From: Takakia lepidozioides
Lineage: Eukaryota; Plantae; Bryophyta
NCBI GenBank assembly: GCA_030704615.1
Contig: CM060732.1
Span: forward strand, 70,804,001 to 70,868,000
DNA: 64,000 nt
Direction of reading: 5' to 3'
Below the pieces are notes generated by a model that saw nothing but the letters and a program-made list of their open reading frames with translations, ran no database searches and had not been told where the DNA came from. Position 1 is the stretch's first letter, and the number at the start of each line of letters is the position of its first letter. Shown piece by piece: positions 39,890 to 50,121 of the stretch. A program made the translations under genes and the position numbers.

Positions 39890-40434
39890 TTAACTCTTCA
39901 GGCCCACTGGACGACCAAGTTTTATAGGAAGTAGATTTTTCTATGCATTTTGTTGCATATGTTAATATTTTTCAATGATTCCAATTGCAAATAATTTTCT
40001 AGCAGCATGGCCAACCCTCTTACATCGAAAGCAATAAATTCCAATGAATTATCTGACCTGTAGATTTTCTAGAAAACCCATGGGTCATGAATTTGAGCAT
40101 GCAAGAAGGGCATGGAGAGTTGAGTTGCATGGGCCCACTTCAGAGCCCTTGTTTGTCAATTATACCATTGGATTTAGAGTTGGCTTTGTCCCGCAAGGCA
40201 TCTTAGAGGCATCTTGCCTAGGCGGAGAATGGAGAACTATGGTTATCCATTTAGCCTAGTCTATGGAGGGTTGATGGGACCGCGAGGGATAAGAGGCATT
40301 GTGGAGACATCTTGCCTAGGGGAGAACTAGGCTTATATATAGACCCCTTCCAAAGGAGCATAAATTAATGACTGATTTTAATTTTTTCTTAAAACTACTA
40401 TAGGGTTGAGATAAATATCTATGAAAAATTCCAA

Positions 40435-40579
40435 AAATTATGGTGTCTCTTCACCACAAGGGCTATTGCCTTCCAGTTGAAAGGTGGACACCTTCATGAC
40501 ACACCAGACCGTGATTTGAACCCACAACCATATCCAACGTCATATGTGCCCATTACCATTTGGCTACATGCTGGTTGTC
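40435..40579 (-). mobile_element. tRNA-derived SINE, copy 2
   Basis: Near-identical to 37168-37304, with B-box GGGTTCAAATC. Confidence 0.7.
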
Positions 40580-43027
40580 AAAACCACCAAAATCACCTAA
40601 GGAAAGAGCAAGGACAGAGCCTTTTGTGGCGGAGCCACTTGTTTTTACCGGACTCTTAATGTATTGTAATCCACACCCTCACCGAAGATAGAGTGAAACA
40701 TTTAATTACAAATGAATTAATTTTTGCAATGGGTTCACCTTGAATTGCTAAGCTATGGAGAGCATTTTGACCCCCCATAAGCAGATACAAAGGACCTTAA
40801 TAATTAAAAAGACTGTTTGGCTTGAAAGTTTTACATTACTTAGTTAGGATACCATACCACATTTCTATGTGAGAGGTAGGCGCAGTAAAAATCATACCCT
40901 CACTCAAAGAGCTTTGTCAAAGCTCAAGTTTTCCCTCATCACTAAGCCACCGCCATCGCCTTAAAGAGCTCGCCCAGGCGTCGCTCACAGGAGCCATAAA
41001 CACTCATCATACTTTGCAAAATCCGTAAACAAGAACTCCCCCACTAAAACACTAAAATCTCTTTTGGCGCGTAGTGAATTTCTCCACAATTTGCTGGGCG
41101 GATGTATGTGGTAGGCAAGGTGAATATGACAAGGCTCATATGTTTGGACCTAATATGGTAGGTGTGGAGCGTCAATTAACTTGCCATAGGTTACTTTTCT
41201 AAAGGCTGCTCACAGGCTACCCAACCTTCCATCTGGAAGGGATTCCACACATTGGATTTTTTGCTATTTGCGACCTTTTTTATTTTGGGAAATACTTATT
41301 TTTAGGAATAAATAAACAGGGGGCAGGCCAACGGAAACTATATTTGGAATTATTTAGGGGAAAATTAAAACCCCATTTCCAGAAAGAAATTGGTTTGTTG
41401 TTTACAAAATGGAGCAGCACTAATATTTTCAATCAAGTTGGGAAGGCCCTCCAATTTTTTTTTATTGAAACCATCCATGTAAAATAAACCCCTCGCATGG
41501 GGTTTACCTCTAATTCTGCTCCGCCCCATTATTTCGTAGGGCTTATTCAATGGCCCACCCTTCTGAACATGGGGTCACCTGGCATGGTGCATACTGCATA
41601 CATTGCAGAAGGGCGGGCCCCTGTTGCATCGTCATCGTCAGGTACCCGCACAAGACATTCTTGAAACCATTCCACTTGCGCTTCTTTGCGCTCATCTCTC
41701 ACCTGCCAAGCAGCGTTTGCATCAGAGAAGACAACTGATACAATAGATCTCTGCAGATGCTGCATGTTGCAGCTTTGGATTCCGTTGAGAATCCGTTCAG
41801 AACTGTGTTGTTGAAGTGAAACTAGGAGGCCACTGGGTGGCCGCTTCGGGCATTAAGAGTGACCTGCTCATGACATGTCAGTGGAGTTCTTGGTCCAAGA
41901 GCTTCCATGCTGCAGTCTGCAAATCTAGATTCAAAGTTGCATCACTCAAATCGAGGGAGAGTTTGGGGACAAGAAATTCAGCTGTATCACCAACTCTCTG
42001 CAAATGACAGGGAAAACCCACATCCACTCTGGATTAAAAAAACTCTGCAGTTGATTCTTGCTGGAATAGGGCTAGATTCAGATTGGTGACTCCCATGGAG
42101 TATTACTATGAAAAAGAGGCTACAGCTCTCAAACATGAGGCATGGGCTCTTCAGGGAAATAAGAACTCATACAGGAGAGTATCTGTAGCATCCCTTTCAA
42201 CCATTTGCATCATGTCCTGATTCGTACCGTGGTTTGAGGGGCTATCAGATGCATTACACAAAGATTTCATAGGAGCGCCAACTTTTCATAGTGAGGTCTT
42301 TGCGAGAAAGCTTCCCATAGAGGCCATGCTTCATGGGCTTCAAGTTGGAGGTTTGCTACAGAAATCCATGAGTTGGAATACATGCCCAACAAAGGTTAAC
42401 ACCCACCCATGCCTGACTATCCTGCCCTATCGATGGAAGTCCCCAAATAATCTGCCTCTGCAATTCTGCACCATTTATATCTGACAATGGTACTGACTCT
42501 TTCACCATTTAAAGTAGAGTTCATTCATCCAGATGATGCACAAAATGCGGGTAAATGCTTAAGATTTACACCTGGTGGTGGGGACCTTATACTGGCGCAA
42601 TAATGGTTGCCAATTCTTTCTGGTCCCCCAGGGACAGATCACACCTGACAATATACAGGAATTACAGATGATACAAATCAGAATCATTTTACAAAATTCC
42701 CCAACCGAACCTGAGCTGTTCCCATCCGGTGAGTCATCAAATGCACATTTGATGGTTGCACAAAATCGCTTTCACAAGACCTGATCCATCCCACAACCGA
42801 TCCTTTACTATCAGCAACTACATCAAAGGTGATACACAGCACAAGCCATGTAACATCAAAAAATCGACCATGGTCAACCAAAGACTCCCATACATTTAGG
42901 TCAAGATTTGGTCCTATTTGTCAACCTCCATTTCATCTTGCTCCCCTATCTCTCCTGGGCATTCGGTGTCATTACTTGACACAAAAAGAGTGGTATGAGT
43001 CAAGAGTGAACAAAATACAAAGACTCT

Positions 43028-44977
43028 TCAAATCTGTTCAGAACCAGTAGTCACCTTTCCTTTCTTGTTCAGTGAGCCCATAATTGCCTGTTGAGCTTCG
43101 TCAATCTCTCGGTCCTGTGTCTGTCTCAGAGCAGCAGACTTCTTTCTTTTCTTCTTCTTCTTAACCACATTTTTGAAGAAAGATTGTTGCTCCATTTCAC
43201 TTTGCTGGAGCTTCCTGTTTTCAGTTGGATTTTTGGCAAGTTCATCAGACAAGTATTCAATTGTCCTCCTCTTCTCCTTGAGCAACTCTTGGAGCTTAGA
43301 AATCTCCCTTGACTTCAATTCCACCTCGCTTTCTTTGACCTGTTTGAAGATGTGGATCTCAGCTCCCAGTTGCATAAGTGCAGTCTTCAACCTTTGGTTT
43401 TCCTCTTTCAGCTCCTCAATCCCTAAGGCAGGAGATTGCTCCTGAGCAGCTGCTCCCTTCTCATCGACAAAGGTAAAAAGGCGCACCCCCATGAGTAGCT
43501 GCCTCTGAAGAGCTTCCCTGTCCTTGAACCATCTGTCCTTAGCTGCTTGCAGATCCTTACCTGCCAGTGCCTCGTCCTCTAGTTCCTGAATTTGAAAGTC
43601 CCTTTTTTCAACCTCCAAGGCCCTCCTTTCAAAGACACCTGCTGGGGTGTCTTCAGTACTGGATCGCAGCACCTGTTCTTGCTGCTGTGATTGAGTTAGC
43701 CCATCCCATTGTTCTCCCTCTTCTTCAACTGTCTTGTCCATTACCAATCTCCCACTTGCTGAAGTAGTGGTCTCTGGTGACACTCCTGGATCTCTGATGG
43801 GCTCAACTTTGTACACATTTCCTTCTCTAGTTTGTAACTGAGGTTGGCCTCTTTCAGACCCTGAAGTTCCACCAAAGGTTATAACAGCATGCCCTTGTTT
43901 CTCCCTTGCTGCGAATAGTCCCAATGCCAGGTCTTGCTCCAACCTTGCTGGTTGTGGCGGGGAGAATTGGTCTTCAGTCCGACCGACCACTCCACCAGGA
44001 AAAGTAATCTTGTTCTTAGGTGCATGCTGGATCTGTGATCTATCCTCATTCACTTGCTTACGTCCAGCTTCTTTCCTGGCTTGTTGTTGTTCTTGTTGTT
44101 CTTGATAAGAGGCATGTTCTCCCTCCATTTCTACCACTGATTGAGTACCTCGGTCTTGTGATGCCTCCATTCCCCTCTTAAGTACATCATACTCTGTCCA
44201 CAGTCTCACAAAAGCATCCCCCCTCGTTATGAGTCTGCTGGTAAGCTTTGATGTTTGCACTAAAGCCCCTTTCAGATGCTCTGAGAGAGATTGGATCAAA
44301 TTTTCCTGCTTGGCAGGCCCGGAGCTCCTGTAATGTTCTGTCAATACCTTGATAGTCTTGTGGAACTTAATAAAGTCCGTCAAAATTTCGACATGCACAA
44401 GGTCTTTTCCTTGCTTCCATCTCCCTAGATCTGCCAGTATCATGTCAGAGACTTCCTGACTCCAGTTGACAAACTCACCCTTCCTCAGCTCAACATAGGC
44501 TGCAGATGCCAGCTTCCAAGATACCATGCTTCTTGCCAAAGGTCCAAATGTTCTAATATGCATCCTCTTTACGTGCTTGTGCAGACCTCTATCAGTGCAC
44601 GTTCTAAGGATGAGCCCATTGGGGCTGTGACCAGGAAAGAACCACTTTAATTCTTCCTTCGCCTCTGTAACTGTCTCTGCAGGGGTCTTTCCTGAAGATG
44701 GCAGGCCCAGTGCTTTTGCCACAGTTTGAGCGTCCACCTTGTACACCACACCTTCACAAACCATGGTCTTTGCCTTCAGATCCACACTGGTAAGATTGTC
44801 CAAGTCCACCTGTAAGACACGTAGGTCTTGAGCTACAATGCCAAGCCAGGGCTCTTCCATAGCAGAGGCCAAGTTCACACTCCCTTGCTCCAAACGTGGG
44901 TTACACCCTGCTGCTAACTCTGAATTCTGCCCGGAGGTGTTTTCTTTCATTTGCGTGATTGCTTGTGAGCTGGCCAT
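43028..44977 (-). CDS. Intronless ~649-aa protein: N-terminal plant-transposon-like domain, Q/E-rich middle, C-terminal coiled coil and poly-K NLS
   Basis: Uninterrupted 2-kb ORF with first ATG at 44977. The segment VDAQTVAKALGLPSSG...GEFVNWSQEVSDMI resembles accessory 'putative plant transposon protein' ORFs (judged by eye). Heptad-rich tail ending in KKKKKRKK. Confidence 0.6.
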   Translation of the reverse strand: MASSQAITQMKENTSGQNSELAAGCNPRLEQGSVNLASAMEEPWLGIVAQDLRVLQVDLDNLTSVDLKAKTMVCEGVVYKVDAQTVAKALGLPSSGKTPAETVTEAKEELKWFFPGHSPNGLILRTCTDRGLHKHVKRMHIRTFGPLARSMVSWKLASAAYVELRKGEFVNWSQEVSDMILADLGRWKQGKDLVHVEILTDFIKFHKTIKVLTEHYRSSGPAKQENLIQSLSEHLKGALVQTSKLTSRLITRGDAFVRLWTEYDVLKRGMEASQDRGTQSVVEMEGEHASYQEQQEQQQARKEAGRKQVNEDRSQIQHAPKNKITFPGGVVGRTEDQFSPPQPARLEQDLALGLFAAREKQGHAVITFGGTSGSERGQPQLQTREGNVYKVEPIRDPGVSPETTTSASGRLVMDKTVEEEGEQWDGLTQSQQQEQVLRSSTEDTPAGVFERRALEVEKRDFQIQELEDEALAGKDLQAAKDRWFKDREALQRQLLMGVRLFTFVDEKGAAAQEQSPALGIEELKEENQRLKTALMQLGAEIHIFKQVKESEVELKSREISKLQELLKEKRRTIEYLSDELAKNPTENRKLQQSEMEQQSFFKNVVKKKKKRKKSAALRQTQDREIDEAQQAIMGSLNKKGKVTTGSEQI

Positions 44978-46892
44978 CTTTCGGAATGTTGGGAGTGGTC
45001 TCGGGGACCGAGCCCTTGAAGCCCGCTGATCAATTTCACATTGAAAATCGAACACAAACTGCACTGCAAATGTGACAACCTCACCAATGTCCCCAGCTTA
45101 GTAGGATAAAAGGAAGAACGCCGATGACAGAGTGCCACCACAGCAAAGAGAGCAGTTGATCAACCAAACAACCCAGCTGACTACTCATTCGGAACCGTGA
45201 GACGGGCACAACACTGAATGAACGAAATTGCTCCCCCTCCACACGACGCAAAATAGAGTGTGCCCCTTTGAATTGTTCCGGAGACAGTACTATACATCTG
45301 TTTACGAGGGCCAGCATCCCAACAGCGACCACAAGCTACCCCTAAGCAAATCTCTCGCCACAATGTAACGAATCAATGTAAAGGTAAGCATTCAGGTTGA
45401 GAACGTGATCTCCTTGCAACGCCATCCAGCAGGAAAGAGCGGGACCTAATTACAAAGAAGATTTCATTTCCTTGATCTCAATTCTATCAACTCAGCAGCA
45501 ATTTGAGGTAACCAGAAGGCAGGGCTCAAGGGTTTAGGGCTGGGAGCTTGCCTCGGTTAGCAATTAATCTCGTCTATGTTGGTATGGAGAATCTCACTGA
45601 GAAGAAGAGAAGAAGTGGACGAAAGGGATACAATCGTCGATGACGATAGTGACGGAGATGCCTGCGATGCACGACAACATGCTAACGAGGAACAGTCGAT
45701 CCTGAAAGGAAGCCGAGGTCAGGAGCGAGGAGTGACCAAGGACAAAGCAGACGGCCTAGAAGTGGTCAAGGCTTGCTGTGGCCTTCAAGTATCATACAAT
45801 TCTAATAAGGTCTGGTATTCATATGCTTGCTTTCCCGTTGTTTCTAGCTGATTTTGTGCTACTTTAAATTGAGTTAATGGTCTTTAGAGTCAAGAGATGG
45901 TTAGGTGGGGAAGATTCCGACATGGAGGAACAAAGGTATAGAGGTATGTAGCTCCGCGCTCGTTGGTTTTGAACTGTGAGCTCCATAATTTCATTGACAA
46001 AGCCCGGCAGAGTTTGCACCATTGGGCACTTCATGGTCATACCAGGGTTGGAGAGGAAGCTGAGTGTAACCGCGGATCTTGATCTCCTTCCATGAGTTCC
46101 TTCTCTTAAAATGAGAAAGAGAATGTACTCATAAGACGTTGTCTGCCGTAGGGGTGGCCCCTGTGCCCAGTTTTGGGCGGAACAAGAGGGAGCATCTACA
46201 CCTTGGTCAATATCAAAGAAGTTAGATTTCTGTCCACTAGCCCAGAGGAGAGAGGTAATTGTTAACATCTATTTGTTGTCGCCATACTGTGGGATGCCCT
46301 GTTTACACCTACCAATTTTTCTCCCAGGTCGACAGTTATGGAAATCACATTGCCCATGGAAAATCTGTAACTTCCAGTGCAAGCAATTGAGCTCTCTTCA
46401 ATGCACAGGACTAATTATCATGTCTGTATCAGATTTGACAGACATTGTTGGCCACAAAATGCCCCTAACACTAAGGGGCAAGAGAGATGTATTCACTGAC
46501 TGGCAGGATAGTCCTCCGGGACATCAACCCTCTGGAGCAGTCGTCTACCGGGCTATGGAAACTCAGGCCAGAAACGCCATAGTTCTAGTGCACAGCAGGG
46601 GATTGAGTGCTTCAAGTGCCAGGATGGACATCATCCTAGTCTAGAATGAACACTTGTAGCATCCAGAGGCTTTCTGGGACAATAGTGTGGAACAACCTAA
46701 GGTGTATCAAAGAAACAGGCCTGAAAATACGGGCTTATGAAGCCAAGTGACTAGGTATTTCTGATCTTTGTACCCGAATCCCTCTGACAAAGGGGCCTCT
46801 TTGGGAGTATTTCCCTGGAAGCACTAGCAGAATAGACACTGAAGGGATCATAAGCTGGCAGGTTCTAATGTTCTTTCAGTTTTTTCATGCAG

Positions 46893-49800
46893 GTCAAGCA
46901 ATGAGCATAGAACTTGTCCGGCAGGATTTCTTCTCAGATTGTTCACAATGGTGGGACATGAGGTTTGAAAAGGTGGCTATCTTCACTTAGGACACAAAAG
47001 AGGTTGTCAGGGAGGGCTTTTGACTTATGAGTGGTGTGATGCTGTTTGGGACTGGATTGTATCCCCGGTTGCTTAAATGAATCACGATTTGCGCTTCATT
47101 GTGAAAGAGCAGAAATTGCAGTTTTCACTACTGCTATGTATCAGTAGATTTGTGCGAAATTAGGGTGCCCATAGTATTTGATGGAGCTTTGGTGATTGGA
47201 ACTTGGAGCTGGGGTTGAAGCTATAGCTGCTCAGCTGTGCCACTTGTGCTTGTCACAGAAAAGTCCAAGATCACAACACTTCAGCCATAAGCACACAGAC
47301 GAGGTCCTTTGGATCAAGAGTTGGTTGAAGCTTCCATGGCTGAAAGCACAGCTACCTACCATGATAGATGGTAGAGAACAATATAGTGGTGGTTCTAATC
47401 TCAGTGTACACCCTGGAGCTCCAGGCCGAGAATACAATGGGTATTGTTTTGGTGATAATGCAATGGTTGCAACTCAAAAAGGTTGGTGCAGTTCATTCCC
47501 AAAGTAGGTGACTACAGTTGTTTTGTAAACCTGTTGACTGTAGAAGAAGCCTGTCTCGTGAGGAGATTTCTCTTTAAGGCAGTCAGGAGGTTTGAGGTCT
47601 GTAAGTTTGAGTATGAGGCATGTTACTCAAGTTTTGAGTCAGGCAGGATTGCAGGGTTGAATCAGGCCCAGTTGTTTATTGGACATCAGACTGACGGCAG
47701 GGATAACACCTCCACCATGACCACTAGTTTTAAAAGAGGAGCAAGAGAGGAAGTCAACAAGACATCTTCTCGCACTTGTGGATATGTGAAGACTCTTTGT
47801 AAGGCAGCACGACTAAAAGAAGCGCTACTTATTTTGAATCAACAAGACATTCGGGCAGACTCCGGTACTTATGTATGTCTGTTGCAGGAGTGCATCAACA
47901 TGAAAGGTCTAGCAGAGGGAAAGCAAGTGCATGCCCATATGATCCAAAGTGGATTCAAACCAAATATCTCCCTACTCAACACCCTTGTCAACATGTATGC
48001 CAAGTGCGGGAGTGTGGTGGATGCACGCCAGGTGTTTGACAAAATGGCCAAACGAGATCAATTTACATGGACTACAATGATAGCAGGGTATGCCAAACAC
48101 GGGTGTGGTAGGGATGCTTTCAATATGTACATGCAAATGCAACAGGAAGGAGTGATGCCCAACAAGGTCACATTCGTTTGTATTCTGAATGCATGCGCCA
48201 GTATAGGAGACCTGGAAAAAGGTAAAGAGGTCCATGCTGACATTTTGAAAGCTGGAATTGCGTCATATACAAATTTGGAGACTGCCCTTGCTGACATGTA
48301 TGCTAAATGTGGGAGCATGAAGGATGCGCGTAGAGTGTTCGACAACATGATTCAGCGAGATGTGGTCTCCTGGAATGCCATGATCGCAGGATATGCGCAG
48401 CATGGGTATGGTAGCGAGGCTCTTGAGATCTATGAGCAAATGCAAAGGCAACAGGTGACACCCAATAGGGTCACATTCACATGCCTGCTTAGCGCTTGCG
48501 CCAGCCTAGGAGTGCTGGAGACAGGCAAGCAGGTCCATGCTGAGATCAGCAAAAGCAGAATTGCAGTAAATATTATATTGGAGAATGCCCTCGTTGACAT
48601 GTATGCCAAGTGTGGGAGCATGAAAGATGCCCATCAAGTGTTCCACAATATGGCTCAACGAGATGTGGTCTCGTGGAATGCCATGATTGCCGCATATGCT
48701 GAGCGTGGGTACGGCAGGGAAGCTTTAAAAATGTATGAGCGAATGCAACTGGACAGACTGACACCGGACAGAGTAACGTTCATTTGCATTCTCCATGCGT
48801 GTGCTAGCCTAGGAGACTTAGAAAAGGGCAAGGAGATACATGCTGACATCATCAAAGCTCGCATTGAATCATACATAAATTTGGAGAATACTCTAGTTGA
48901 TATGTATGCCAAATGCGGTAGCATGGGGGATGCACTTCAAGTGTTTGACAATATGGCTGAACGAGATGTGGTCTCATGGAGTACGATCATCGCAGGATAT
49001 GCTCAGCATGGTTGTAATAAGGAGGCTCTTGAGATCTTTGAGACTATGCAACAGGAAGGGGTGGTCCCCAACACCATCACATTTGTTTCCATCCTGAAAG
49101 TGTGTGCGAGCCAAGGGGCCCTGGAAAAAGGCAAGGATATCCATGCTGGCATCATCAAAATTGGATTTCTGCCAGATGTGATTCTTGAGACTGCCCTTGC
49201 TGACATGTATGCCAAATGTGGGAGTGTAAGTGATGCCCTTCAACTGTTTCAGGATATGGCTCAACGAAATGTGGTCTCATGGAATGCCATGATCAGAGGA
49301 TGTGCTCAGCATGGGTGTGGTCTGGAGGCCCTGCAACTATTTGAACAGATGCAACAGGACGGCTTGAAACCAAATGGTATCACGTTCATCGCTCTTCTCT
49401 CTACATGTAGCCACATGGGCCTACTGGATGAAGGCCATCACTACTTCAATTCCATGATTCGAGATCATGACCTCACTCCTACATTAGAGCATTTTGGCTG
49501 CATGGTGGACCTTCTTGGCCGTGCAGGGCGATTGGATGAGGCAGAGGATTTCATTAACAGAATGCCAATCAACCCAGACGCTTCTGTGTGGAGGGCCTTG
49601 CTTGGTGCCTGCAGAATTCATGGTGATATGAAGCTAGCAGAACGAGCAGCAAAAAGCATTCTTAAGAGTGATCCGCAGGACGCCTCAGCTTATGTGCTTC
49701 TATCAAACATCTATGCTATGCCTGGCAGGTGGGATGATGAAGCAAAGGTGAGAAGAATGATGGATGGCAGGGGTGTCAGAAAGGAGGCCGGGCACAGCTG

Positions 49801-49894
49801 CATTGAGGTTGATAACGAGGTTTATACATTTGTTATGGAAGACAAATTGCATCCGCAAATTGAGGAAATTGGTGCTGGACTAATGGGCGGTTAA
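46893..49894 (+). CDS. PLS-class PPR protein (17 PPR motifs + E1/E2 + E+) with an N-terminal OSB-type PDF motif; exons 46893-46972, 47259-47481 and (47544/47643/47655)-49894; possible first exon 45576-45717
   Basis: The long ORF shows L-S-(P-L-S)x4-P2-L2-S2-E1-E2 and a PG-box variant KEAGHSCIEV. The upstream exons splice to ELVRQDFFSDCSQWWDMRFEK|KSPRSQHFSHKHTDEVLWIKSWLKLPWLKAQL. The phase-1 donor at 47482 is compatible with three phase-1 AG acceptors in the PPR frame. The PPR call is near-certain; the upstream exon model is inferred. Confidence 0.85.
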
Positions 49895-50121
49895 AGGAGG
49901 TCAGGTATGTGTCTGGCACACGCTTTGTACGGCCCAATGTGGAGGAGCAAAAGGAGTTTTCTTTTTGCCACCATGGTGAGAAGCTGGCAATTGCATTTGG
50001 TCTGTAGCACCCCCTGGGATGCCTATCCATGTCATCGAGAACCTTTGGGTGTGTGGTGACTGCCACACCACCAAGTTCATCTCAAAAGGTTGTAGGGCGA
50101 GCAGTTGTTGCACTGGATGCC
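49885..50121 (+). pseudogene. Frameshifted fossil DYW cytidine-deaminase domain downstream of the PPR stop
   Basis: Shifted frames read RLKEVRYVSGTRFV..EEQKEFSFCHHGEKLAIAFGL*, then PGMPIHVIENLWVCGDCHTTKFISK, then VVGRAVVALDA. HxE and CxxC are recognisable; the terminal HHF..CSC.DYW is absent. Confidence 0.9.

Noticed and set aside
41500-42900. Second gene or ORF2 downstream of the 649-aa ORF
   Set aside because: There are exon-like pieces, but I found no consistent frame or recognisable motif.
46640-46740. Additional PDF motif (HPEAFWDNS)
   Set aside because: It is preceded by a stop, lacks the downstream motif half and a suitable donor, and is probably chance.
47483-47543. N-terminus of the 803-aa ORF as listed (MVQFIPK...)
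   Set aside because: It begins at TTG just inside a GT donor and is most likely intron sequence.
47869-49264. Antisense ORFs over the PPR gene (and similar short antisense ORFs over UTP10, CPN20 and copia)
   Set aside because: These are shadow frames of real coding sequence.
49780-50121. U-to-C editing (DYW:KP / GRP-type) factor
   Set aside because: The box after E2 is KEAGHSCIEV and the remnant reads HGEKLA..NLWVCGDCH. This is closer to a decayed canonical C-to-U DYW, and no KP box or GRP end is visible.
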